Below, piece after piece: positions 10,238-18,759 of a stretch of 64,000 nucleotides of DNA. The DNA comes from a virus, in IMG/VR virus record IMGVR_UViG_3300018080_000014, positions 1-64,000 of that record; one strand, 5' to 3'. The notes under the pieces are model-generated. The model saw nothing but the letters and a program-made list of their open reading frames with translations, was not told where the DNA came from and made no database searches. Positions within the stretch are counted from its first letter, which is position 1, and every line of letters starts with the position of its first letter. The position numbers and the translations under genes were made by a program.

Positions 10238-10833
10238 TACCATGGAAACTCTCGCGTCTTGAAACGCACGTGATGCAATTATTACATGCCAATGTTGAAG
10301 GGTTTCTTGGCATGGGTGAAATGGCAACACTATACAGGGTTGCGCGAGTGGCTGCCGATTTCGATATTGTTGAAATAGGTAGTTGGAAAGGATTGTCCAC
10401 AATAGCATTGGCATTAGGAATGGTGACATCTGGGAATAGGAAGAAAGTACATGCTATAGATCCTTTCAAGGGTGAAGGTGTATACGAGACGGCATCACCC
10501 ACGTTCACGGAATTCTCGCAAAATATCAATAATTTCATGGTACAACACATCGTGACGGCACACAGGACCACCTCCGAAGAAGCGGCAAAACACTTCAACA
10601 ATCCAATATCTGTACTTTTCATAGATGGAGATCACTCGTACAAGGCATGTAAACATGACATAGCGGCATGGTATGACATGGTAGAGGAAGGAGGATTCAT
10701 CCTCTTCCACGACTATGGCAACAAGAACTTCCAAGGAGTCACCGATGCCGTGAACGAGAACATAACATATGGCAGGATAGAAGTTGTACGCAGGGTATCG
10801 CACATGGTTGTCACGGTGAAGAGTGATGGGTGA
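10234..10833 (+). CDS. class I SAM-dependent methyltransferase (Methyltransf_24-like)
   Basis: VEIGSWKGLST, HAIDPF, LFIDGDHSY, GGFILFHDY. Confidence 0.9.
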   Translation: MIPWKLSRLETHVMQLLHANVEGFLGMGEMATLYRVARVAADFDIVEIGSWKGLSTIALALGMVTSGNRKKVHAIDPFKGEGVYETASPTFTEFSQNINNFMVQHIVTAHRTTSEEAAKHFNNPISVLFIDGDHSYKACKHDIAAWYDMVEEGGFILFHDYGNKNFQGVTDAVNENITYGRIEVVRRVSHMVVTVKSDG

Positions 10834-11077
10834 CACCACGGTGTATACAGCCCGTATACAAGCAAGAGTCCCGCACGAGCTGTACTTGCTAAAGAAACCA
10901 AGAGAAACGCAAACAGAATTCATCATAAGGGCCATCACAGCATTGCGAGACGGTGGCACCGACACGGCAGAACATGCGCTGCTGGTAAAGATGGTGAGAG
11001 TATTCGCCAAGCATGGTATAAAAATGGATTTATCGAAGGACGAGGTAGAAATCGTGAAGAGGTTGTACAAGGAATGA
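10826..11077 (+). CDS. small putative DNA-binding protein (RHH-like N-terminus)
   Basis: RIQARVPHELY..TQTEFIIRAI pattern. Confidence 0.45.
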   Translation: MGDTTVYTARIQARVPHELYLLKKPRETQTEFIIRAITALRDGGTDTAEHALLVKMVRVFAKHGIKMDLSKDEVEIVKRLYKE

Positions 11078-11607
11078 TACGTGAATATAAAGGGAGCTTC
11101 GTGCTCATAACCAACTCGAAAGTGACGGTGATTGCCGAGAATACGGCATTTACCAAGAGAAGAACATGGAATGATCCAATTATATGGCAGCTAGAATCTG
11201 CTTATGCTGGTATAATATTCCAGAAAGTAAAACCGGGAGAAGTGCTGCGCGGATTCTGGTCAGACCAGAACCCCGGCAAGCTTGAAATGATCGGAGAAGG
11301 ACATTCGGTGATATACGTTGCCCTTCTCATGGAAGATATGCTTGTCGTATCAGATTCGCCAAAGGAACTCGTCACGCACCTGTGCGATAACAAGATGCAA
11401 GTGGTACAAATTGGCGAGTTCGAGCCGCTACAGGGAAAATGGACGGATGCCACGATGGACACGATCATGGCAGCAGTTGAAAAACTTCGCGAGGACGCCG
11501 AGAAGAAAAAAGCAACAGAACAGGCCAAGAAGCAAAAGGATGACAAGATAAAGAAAGAAGCTCGCAAGATGGCGGAGGAGATGGTAAATGAAGGCAAAGT
11601 ATTGTAG
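11074..11607 (+). CDS. hypothetical protein with K/E-rich coiled-coil tail
   Basis: 177-aa ORF, ATGA overlap. Confidence 0.65.
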   Translation: MIREYKGSFVLITNSKVTVIAENTAFTKRRTWNDPIIWQLESAYAGIIFQKVKPGEVLRGFWSDQNPGKLEMIGEGHSVIYVALLMEDMLVVSDSPKELVTHLCDNKMQVVQIGEFEPLQGKWTDATMDTIMAAVEKLREDAEKKKATEQAKKQKDDKIKKEARKMAEEMVNEGKVL

Positions 11608-11935
11608 CGATCAATGTAATCCAGACGTACCATGCTATCGCCCCGGATGCCCATGGTACGACAACGTGGAATTCGAGGAAATGGTACTGGAAGAAGAACT
11701 GAAGCATGATCCGACAGTCACGCAAGACGTGATAGATGGACTAAACGAGATGTTCAGGATAAACTCTGCCAAGGTATATGGTGATGAAGTCATGCACGAG
11801 CAGACTGGCAAGTACTTCATATGTGGCAAGGAAATACCGGAAGCCGTGCATAGGGAATTTGAAAATGCGAAAAAGTTTGGCCTCGATTATCCCGGATCGC
11901 CATGGCGGGAAGTAAAACTATTCAAGGATGGTTAG
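11588..11935 (+). CDS. hypothetical protein with N-terminal Cys cluster
   Basis: 115-aa ORF. Confidence 0.6.
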   Translation: MKAKYCSDQCNPDVPCYRPGCPWYDNVEFEEMVLEEELKHDPTVTQDVIDGLNEMFRINSAKVYGDEVMHEQTGKYFICGKEIPEAVHREFENAKKFGLDYPGSPWREVKLFKDG

Positions 11936-12305
11936 CATGTCGTTCGATTTCGGAAGTCTTGGAAAAGGTACTGATGCTGTGCCTAAGAATGATGATGAAC
12001 CACGAGAGGACATCATGCTCAAGGTTGAGAAGTTGGTCAATGCCAAATTGAAAAGCGTGGACATTGCCATAAACAAGCTGCAGAAATCCATAAGAGTGCC
12101 AGATAACGCCAAGATAAATAGGATGATTGCTGAGCACATGGAGATGTACCAGAAGGAATTCAACAAGAGAATACAGCAGGAAGTTGATGTCTTGGAACTG
12201 TGGGATGGAATATTCCAAACAATAGTAAAAATGTGGGGAATACGTGGTGGTATTGGCAAGCGTGCAGCAAAACTCGACCACGTACTTCGACAAAATTTCG
12301 GATAG
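11928..12305 (+). CDS. hypothetical helical protein
   Basis: 125-aa ORF. Confidence 0.6.
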   Translation: MVSMSFDFGSLGKGTDAVPKNDDEPREDIMLKVEKLVNAKLKSVDIAINKLQKSIRVPDNAKINRMIAEHMEMYQKEFNKRIQQEVDVLELWDGIFQTIVKMWGIRGGIGKRAAKLDHVLRQNFG

Positions 12306-12372
12306 GTTTAAATTCTATCCCGTCTTTTACTTCTATACGATCTTTAACGAAATCAAAGGAAAGTGACATATC

Positions 12373-14460
12373 GTGGTTGTAAACGATTTTTATGCTCGCT
12401 CGGCAAACCCGTTTAACGATCATTATAAAGACTTACCCACGTTCTCAGAAGAGTATGCGAAGTTTCCAGAAAAAACGAAGGATCTCCTAGGACTTAACTT
12501 GATGGACCCCTTGGAGTTTCTCGCTAGGTATGACGTTGAAGACTTGCCGAGCGTGACTATTGACCCTAATGCGAATATTGGTAATAGAAAATCATCATCC
12601 AATAGAGTCGCAGAACTAGCCAAGCCTTTTTTAAAACTAAGAGGTTTCCAAGAATTGTACGAAGGAGGAATCAGGTTCTTTGGAGAGGAATTCTCCCTTG
12701 AACCAATAAAGAGACTCCGTGTTTATATCCACGATTCCACCAAAATGGATAGGCCATACTGCATAGGAGTATCGGCTATGGATATAATGAATGACGGGAG
12801 ACCATATGCTGATATAGAAGGAGTGCCTCCAAAGCATTTCGATGCTTTCATGGGACAAGTAGTGGAATACATCATGAATCTTTCCATGGAATTTGCAGGA
12901 GCAGTTGCCGTGTCTGATTGGGTTGTATGCATGGCATGGTATGCAGAGAAAGAGCGCATACCAATGACATGCGCAGAAAAATATGCAGAGCTGGAAGAGT
13001 ACGAGCGGCAATTATTCGTAAGGTTAATTGATATGTACCACGAAATGGATCCAGATTTGGCATCGATCAAGGAAATTGTTACTAAGCACAACCTGATAAG
13101 CATAGAGCAATCATGGCAGCATGCAGTGCATATTCTCCACAACAAGTACCGTATTGATGGAGATCCTCCATATACAAATATCTCTCTCAATTCTCCAGAA
13201 GTACTTATGGATATGTTTGAGCATTATGTATTTCCAGATGGGAAAAGCATAGAAGATATACTTCCAACAGTCATGAAAGTACAGGAGACAATTCTTGATT
13301 TCATGGCGAAAGGAGATCCGCAGCGGGGGGGACTGCAATACAAGTTTCCCGTGATGACGTGCAATTTTAAACCGTGGGACGTGGGGACCGAATGGTGGGA
13401 GAAGGTCGCCAGGGCTAATTGTACAGGTAAGTTCAACATCTGTCATGCCGAGATGTTCTCCTCGTGTTGCCGTCTCTTGTCAGACGTGAAGCGCATGCTC
13501 AAGTACAAGACGTATTCCAACGGATCAGGTGGAATAAAGGTGGGAAGCCATAGAGTAATAGCAAACAACTTGCCCGGTCTTGCGATTGATACCATTGAAG
13601 ATGTTGGACATGACCTCTCAGGCGAAGACGCCATGTACTGGTACTTGAAATACTTGGAGCCTAATATAGAACACGTGGCACGATACCTCTTTGTCCATAA
13701 GATATATACCATGATGCCGCGCATTGCTAACGGGTACTACACGTTCTTCTCGCAGTTCCGTGACATAGCAGGAAGACCCATGTATAGGAACGGGCAGCCA
13801 TTGGGACCATGGTTACACCCGAACATGCTCTTCTCGACAATCGGTGTACATGGATCACCAGAAGCAACGGACATATTGCTCGGAGGCTACCACACTGTAT
13901 TACAACCAGAAGGAGAACAGTTGCAGTACGACATGCTAAGGTTCATCGTTGACAAGGCAAACAAGCTGTCGGAAAAATACGAGCACGAGGGAATACACCT
14001 CTTTTTCAACGTCGAGCAGGTTCCCGCGGAATCAGCATCACATACCATGGCAGCATTTGATGGAAATGAATTGTATTCAAACCAGTTTGTACCGGCAGAT
14101 GCCGAGTGTGATATATGGGATCGTGTACGCATAGAAGGTAATTGTGCCAGCATATTGACTGGTGGATCGATGACGTTCCTCACGCTAGACAGGGAACTCA
14201 CGCCAGAACAATCGTTGAAGTTCCACAAGAGAGTCATGAAAGCAAGCAACATGAAGCTTAACAACTGGTGCATGAACCTCGGGTGGAAATGGTGCAGGAA
14301 ATGCAACGAGACGAAAGCGAGTTCGGAAATCATTTGCCCAAAATGTGGAGATAAGAGAGTTCCTTTCCAGAGGCCCGTGGGATACATGACCATGGAAGAC
14401 CACATAAACGAACCACGTGTAGTTAATGACTTAGAAAAGAGATACCGCAACGTGGTATAG
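12373..14460 (+). CDS. nrdD: anaerobic (class III) ribonucleoside-triphosphate reductase, no ATP cone
   Basis: YIHD, PYC, PPKHF, FAGAVA, FPVMTCN, SSCCRL, VGSHRV, NVEQVPAES, YSNQF, CxxC..CPKCG, RPVGY glycyl-radical loop. Confidence 0.92.
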   Translation: MVVNDFYARSANPFNDHYKDLPTFSEEYAKFPEKTKDLLGLNLMDPLEFLARYDVEDLPSVTIDPNANIGNRKSSSNRVAELAKPFLKLRGFQELYEGGIRFFGEEFSLEPIKRLRVYIHDSTKMDRPYCIGVSAMDIMNDGRPYADIEGVPPKHFDAFMGQVVEYIMNLSMEFAGAVAVSDWVVCMAWYAEKERIPMTCAEKYAELEEYERQLFVRLIDMYHEMDPDLASIKEIVTKHNLISIEQSWQHAVHILHNKYRIDGDPPYTNISLNSPEVLMDMFEHYVFPDGKSIEDILPTVMKVQETILDFMAKGDPQRGGLQYKFPVMTCNFKPWDVGTEWWEKVARANCTGKFNICHAEMFSSCCRLLSDVKRMLKYKTYSNGSGGIKVGSHRVIANNLPGLAIDTIEDVGHDLSGEDAMYWYLKYLEPNIEHVARYLFVHKIYTMMPRIANGYYTFFSQFRDIAGRPMYRNGQPLGPWLHPNMLFSTIGVHGSPEATDILLGGYHTVLQPEGEQLQYDMLRFIVDKANKLSEKYEHEGIHLFFNVEQVPAESASHTMAAFDGNELYSNQFVPADAECDIWDRVRIEGNCASILTGGSMTFLTLDRELTPEQSLKFHKRVMKASNMKLNNWCMNLGWKWCRKCNETKASSEIICPKCGDKRVPFQRPVGYMTMEDHINEPRVVNDLEKRYRNVV

Positions 14461-14480
14461 CGAAACATTTATATATCTTT
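14460..14480 (+). promoter_or_regulatory. archaeal BRE-TATA promoter candidate
   Basis: GCGAAACATTTATATAT directly after the nrdD stop. Confidence 0.5.
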
Positions 14481-14495
14481 GTCCCCTTCTTTTTA

Positions 14496-14783
14496 TTGAT
14501 CATTATGGGAGATAAGAAACCATGCCCCGTGTGTGGAGGCACTGGTAGTACAGGTATACCAGTAACTTCCATATATCTGGCAAAGGTAAATGATTATTTC
14601 ACGCTACGCAAGGATGACACGAAGCGCCATAGAATACGTTTGGAAATACTAGCTGCTTTTCATGAAGAGTTCTTGGACATATTTGAACATGGTGATGATG
14701 TGGCAGTCTTCGTGATACCATTAGATGATTGGAAGAATAGCGCACAGCCATTGGAAGAATACATGGAGGAGACGAACGATTGA
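14496..14783 (+). CDS. hypothetical protein with CPVCGGTG motif
   Basis: 95-aa ORF. Confidence 0.6.
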   Translation: MIIMGDKKPCPVCGGTGSTGIPVTSIYLAKVNDYFTLRKDDTKRHRIRLEILAAFHEEFLDIFEHGDDVAVFVIPLDDWKNSAQPLEEYMEETND

Positions 14784-15235
14784 GCGGGAAAACAAAATCT
14801 ATATCACCAGAATTGAACAAACCCGTGCAACCTCATGACGAGGAAAAAGTGTCGAATGATTCCAAGATACCTCCAAGCATTCCCACGCCAACGTCAAACA
14901 GCTTCATCCCGTTGACCGATAAACAATTGATGCTGTTAACGTCGAAATGCACCATAACTGAAACAAAAGAAGATGGAAAAATATTACACATTCCAGTAAA
15001 GGATTTCCCGTGGATCATATGCATACCACACACGTCAATAATAGAAGTATCACGCGAGGCTGCTGGTGCATCGAGGAAAGTGATACCGCGTGTCCTCGAT
15101 ATGTGTGGTGACGATTGGTCGAAATACGTGGAAGTGTTTCACAATGGCATGATGCTTGAGCCAGTGTCAAGGCTATGCGTGGAAATAGACAGGGGAAAGG
15201 AACTGTTCCCCAAGATAAAATGGGAGCTGATGTAA
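14780..15235 (+). CDS. hypothetical protein
   Basis: TTG start after GGAGG RBS. Confidence 0.6.
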   Translation: MSGKTKSISPELNKPVQPHDEEKVSNDSKIPPSIPTPTSNSFIPLTDKQLMLLTSKCTITETKEDGKILHIPVKDFPWIICIPHTSIIEVSREAAGASRKVIPRVLDMCGDDWSKYVEVFHNGMMLEPVSRLCVEIDRGKELFPKIKWELM

Positions 15236-15784
15236 TTGTATGGTAGAAATCCACCAACGATAGATGGAATACCTGACAAGCCGAACATGGGGCAAGTATA
15301 TGATGTTGATATTCATAACCAGCAATGCCCGGTATGTGGAGCAATAGCGTCCATACAAGGTGGGCAATGTAGCTCGTGTGGCGTGCGCTGTAGATTGGTA
15401 GAAAAAGTACAAATGGAAGATGGTAACATGGGACTCCAGAAAACGAACAACGTAAAGGCAATAAACCCAAAGTATCTCAAGACAGCAAAAGACGTATTGG
15501 AAGGAGAATCGGAAGATCCATTTGAAATTGGAACACCCGGTGCGCAAGTTGTCGCTGAAGTGGATCCACTGGAAGAATTCAGGGACGATGGTGGAGAAAT
15601 CGTCTTCAAGGAAGAAGCACCAAAGATGAATGGTAAACAATACGCTGTCTTGGTACTAAAGCAGATCAAGGAGACGATAAAGGAGAACGCGAAGCACGTC
15701 TCGCCATTCTTTTCCAAGATAGAGATAGAGCTCGAACCATTCAAGTTTGAAGTATCCATACGGCCCAAGAAGGTGGTACTATGA
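15236..15784 (+). CDS. Zn-ribbon protein
   Basis: CPVCG..CSSCG. Confidence 0.6.
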   Translation: MYGRNPPTIDGIPDKPNMGQVYDVDIHNQQCPVCGAIASIQGGQCSSCGVRCRLVEKVQMEDGNMGLQKTNNVKAINPKYLKTAKDVLEGESEDPFEIGTPGAQVVAEVDPLEEFRDDGGEIVFKEEAPKMNGKQYAVLVLKQIKETIKENAKHVSPFFSKIEIELEPFKFEVSIRPKKVVL

Positions 15785-16710
15785 AAGTTGTCATGCTAGG
15801 TAGGGAAGCAGGGCTTCTCGATTGCTTGGGTTTGGTTGCCGATACCAAGTGTGTCAATTACGATGAACCACTTGATGACTTGGAAGGTGACGTATTTTTA
15901 TGGAGACTCAACGAAGGAAATTGGAACAATCTGTACAATAGCTTGCCACGTATCAAGAAAAATTTCCACAAGCTCGTGGTAATAAACACGAGAGCACCAC
16001 AAACGATGCACATAGGAGGTCCGGCCTTTATCAGCACGTTTCTTGAGCTTCCACAACATTTTGATGCTATATGGACATATGAACTGGATGAAGGTGAGGC
16101 GTTTTGCCACTGGATGGGATTTGATATGAAAGATATAAGCAGATTGCCAAGTATGGCAAGGACAGACATGTTCAACATGGCAAAGGAGTGGAAACGACCA
16201 GAGAACGATCCGAGAATATGCGTGGGAATATACGGTGCAGCGGTGATACGCCATTTCAACTACACTGCCATATGGGCGGATTGGCTTGCCAGGGATATAA
16301 AGAAGGTCGTATTTGCCATAGGAAAGAATAAGCAGCAAACTGTCGTGTGGTGCAAGAATAATGTCGAGATGGTTGAAAAATTATCGCAGGAAAAGTACTT
16401 GGAAGAATTATCGAAGATGCGATTCTGCTGCTATGCGCTAAAAGGTAGATTCACCATAGAAGCACAATGCCTTGGAATACCAACATTTTCCGCATGGTTC
16501 ACGGCACGAGATGACTGCGATATACCATATGATTACAGGCTATCAACAAGGAACTGGAAAGCATTAAAAGATAGGGCACAACTGCTTCTCGAGGATGACG
16601 GGTTCCGCAGGGAAGAAGGAAAGAAGATTGCCATAAATGCGTTCAAGCGGTTCCATCCGGAATCAAACAAGGCGATCATTTGGAATTTTCTGGACGAGTT
16701 GATGCAGTAA
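15781..16710 (+). CDS. divergent GT-B glycosyltransferase-like protein
   Basis: EKLSQEKYLEELSK..GRFTIEAQCLGIP..LLEDDGFRREEG resembles a GT-B C-terminal domain. Confidence 0.6.
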   Translation: MKVVMLGREAGLLDCLGLVADTKCVNYDEPLDDLEGDVFLWRLNEGNWNNLYNSLPRIKKNFHKLVVINTRAPQTMHIGGPAFISTFLELPQHFDAIWTYELDEGEAFCHWMGFDMKDISRLPSMARTDMFNMAKEWKRPENDPRICVGIYGAAVIRHFNYTAIWADWLARDIKKVVFAIGKNKQQTVVWCKNNVEMVEKLSQEKYLEELSKMRFCCYALKGRFTIEAQCLGIPTFSAWFTARDDCDIPYDYRLSTRNWKALKDRAQLLLEDDGFRREEGKKIAINAFKRFHPESNKAIIWNFLDELMQ

Positions 16711-17428
16711 ACCATTCATATAATTCTTTCTGGATTTTATCAAGCCTTTTCTTTTCTTCCTCGTCACGATGCTTTTGCGTCATGTGCTCTATCGCGTGGC
16801 GCATTCTCCTGTTGCGAAGTATGTTCTGTTCGCTGGTAAGCGTGGCAACTTTCTCCTCTATTTCCGCGATTCGTGATTTTTGTCGAACGCTTTTTATCCT
16901 CGCAACCCTGTCCCTCCACCTGTACATCACGGCATTCTCCAAGGCCTTGTCTATATCTATTTCCCTTCTCAGGCGGTTCCAACGTTTCCTGTTCTTGATC
17001 TCGACCATTTGCATCTTGTCCTTCAACGTGGTGATCGCGCTGAATACTGGATTGGTCTTTACTTCCTTTTCCAGCCTGAGAAGGATGGACAGGTTATCCA
17101 TGGCTTCTGCCATGTCTACTTCGACCTGCTTCTCCTTGTAATACCCGATTATGGTAGCATGGAGTTCTTCTGCCGGGATGAGCCGCATGAGCTCGGTGAT
17201 GATGATGATAATGTCCATTATTTCGCCAGTGCCTAGCGAAGATAGCAAACGTCTTACCATCTTGTCTTTCCAGAGTTCCTCCTTGGACATCTTTGCTTCC
17301 CTGAGCACCTTGCGAATCTTGGTGCCAACAATAAACACGATTGTTATTATGGTGAGAATCGGGCTTATTGCTTGGAAGATTTCCGTGCCCACTTTTATTA
17401 CTGTCTGGATACCTTCTAAGAAGTCCAT
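16676..17428 (-). CDS. membrane-anchored coiled-coil protein
   Basis: N-terminal hydrophobic ILTIITIVFIVG, charged helical remainder; last gene of the late operon. Confidence 0.65.
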   Translation of the reverse strand: MDFLEGIQTVIKVGTEIFQAISPILTIITIVFIVGTKIRKVLREAKMSKEELWKDKMVRRLLSSLGTGEIMDIIIIITELMRLIPAEELHATIIGYYKEKQVEVDMAEAMDNLSILLRLEKEVKTNPVFSAITTLKDKMQMVEIKNRKRWNRLRREIDIDKALENAVMYRWRDRVARIKSVRQKSRIAEIEEKVATLTSEQNILRNRRMRHAIEHMTQKHRDEEEKKRLDKIQKELYEWFTASTRPENSK

Positions 17429-17451
17429 GGTAAAAAAGGAAAAAAAAGATA

Positions 17452-17970
17452 TTAAATCATTGTTCCGATCCACGTGAACACGAATGCTGTTGCTATGATC
17501 GTGCTTAGCCATCCTACGACAAACGTGCGGTAATGCATCGTTATGTGGGTCTCGCCTTTCTGGAAGTCTTTCCATCCTTTCATCAGTTTCCTGAGGAAGT
17601 CCATGGTTTCTTCCCTTGCGAGAACCTTCAGTCCCTTGATTACCAGTGGATCGGCGTTGAGCATTTCAGCCCAGTCATCCAATTTCTTAATGAAGAGATC
17701 CTCCACTGTTCCTTCCTTGTTTTGGATGGAAACAATTGCTTTCTGGAGTTCCTCTTTCACTTGCTTCACTTGGTCAGCACCAGCACTCTGGATTGCCGAC
17801 CTGAGCCCATCGACAAGCTTCTTGAGGCCCTTTGTCTCCTTCCCGAGTGTTGGTAGCATGCCTTCTACCACCGTCGTTATGGTGGTGAATAGATCGTCCT
17901 TTTGTTCCTCGATGTTGGTCGGAGGAGGAACGGGTTTTTCAATTGGTGGTTTTATACTTGGTTCGCTCAT
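17452..17970 (-). CDS. C-terminally membrane-anchored protein (holin-like candidate)
   Basis: C-terminal TM FVVGWLSTIIATAFVFTWIG. Confidence 0.6.
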   Translation of the reverse strand: MSEPSIKPPIEKPVPPPTNIEEQKDDLFTTITTVVEGMLPTLGKETKGLKKLVDGLRSAIQSAGADQVKQVKEELQKAIVSIQNKEGTVEDLFIKKLDDWAEMLNADPLVIKGLKVLAREETMDFLRKLMKGWKDFQKGETHITMHYRTFVVGWLSTIIATAFVFTWIGTMI

Positions 17971-17974
17971 CTAA

Positions 17975-18748
17975 TCACCATGATCCAGTTTCATATGTCG
18001 AATTTATCATTTCTATACTGGAACTTCCAAATGCCGCTATACATTTAATGAAAGAATTGTTGGAAACCATGCTCGCAGTGTCGCATGTAATCACGGTTCC
18101 AATAATTGTACAGTTCTCGAATAACGTGTACGAGTCTTTCCTAATGTACATGGTACTTTCCGCGATGATCGTGCAATTGATTGCTGTCAAATTGCCATAC
18201 ACGTCAACCGGCTCGGATATGGTATTGTACGGGTTGCCTCCATTCCGCACTTCAACACGGGTAAAGTTCACCGTGCCATTGGCCCACGTCACGTCTTGTC
18301 CTTCATGGATGACATGCGGCTCGGTGAAGTTGTTCCTGTCGCCAACAAATATCTCCTTCTCAGGGATGATCACCATGACACTCTTGGTGATGTTCACCTC
18401 GAATGACTTGTTCAGGATGGTGGAATTTGCTTTCCACAGGGTTGCAGTGACCGTGATGTTGTACTTGCCTGCCCGTGCTTCGATATTGTTCCACGTGTAT
18501 GGCACGTAGTTTGCTATTACCGTGCCGTTCACGTCAACAGTGATTGCCGTGACGTTACCCGTGACGTGCGCATCTATGACCACCTTGGAATGCACCTCCT
18601 GCCCATCCTTCACGGAAGTTATGGAGATACAATCGTTATCCACGAGTACATCTCCATCATGGCATCCATTTAGATCTATGAATAGTCCACATAGGAATGC
18701 GCCAGCAATGGCGCATGCTATTATTACTATCCTTCCTGTCTTGTCCAT
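17975..18748 (-). CDS. signal-anchored beta-rich surface glycoprotein
   Basis: N-terminal TM; Ig-like then beta-helix-like region; 14 N-x-S/T sequons. Confidence 0.7.
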   Translation of the reverse strand: MDKTGRIVIIACAIAGAFLCGLFIDLNGCHDGDVLVDNDCISITSVKDGQEVHSKVVIDAHVTGNVTAITVDVNGTVIANYVPYTWNNIEARAGKYNITVTATLWKANSTILNKSFEVNITKSVMVIIPEKEIFVGDRNNFTEPHVIHEGQDVTWANGTVNFTRVEVRNGGNPYNTISEPVDVYGNLTAINCTIIAESTMYIRKDSYTLFENCTIIGTVITCDTASMVSNNSFIKCIAAFGSSSIEMINSTYETGSW

Positions 18749-18759
18749 TTTTATCTCCT

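Noticed and set aside
7804-14460. Inteins or self-splicing introns in thyX or nrdD
   Set aside because: Both frames are continuous and of ordinary size, with no C..HN splice junctions or LAGLIDADG motifs. The ThyX insert is only a short helical segment.
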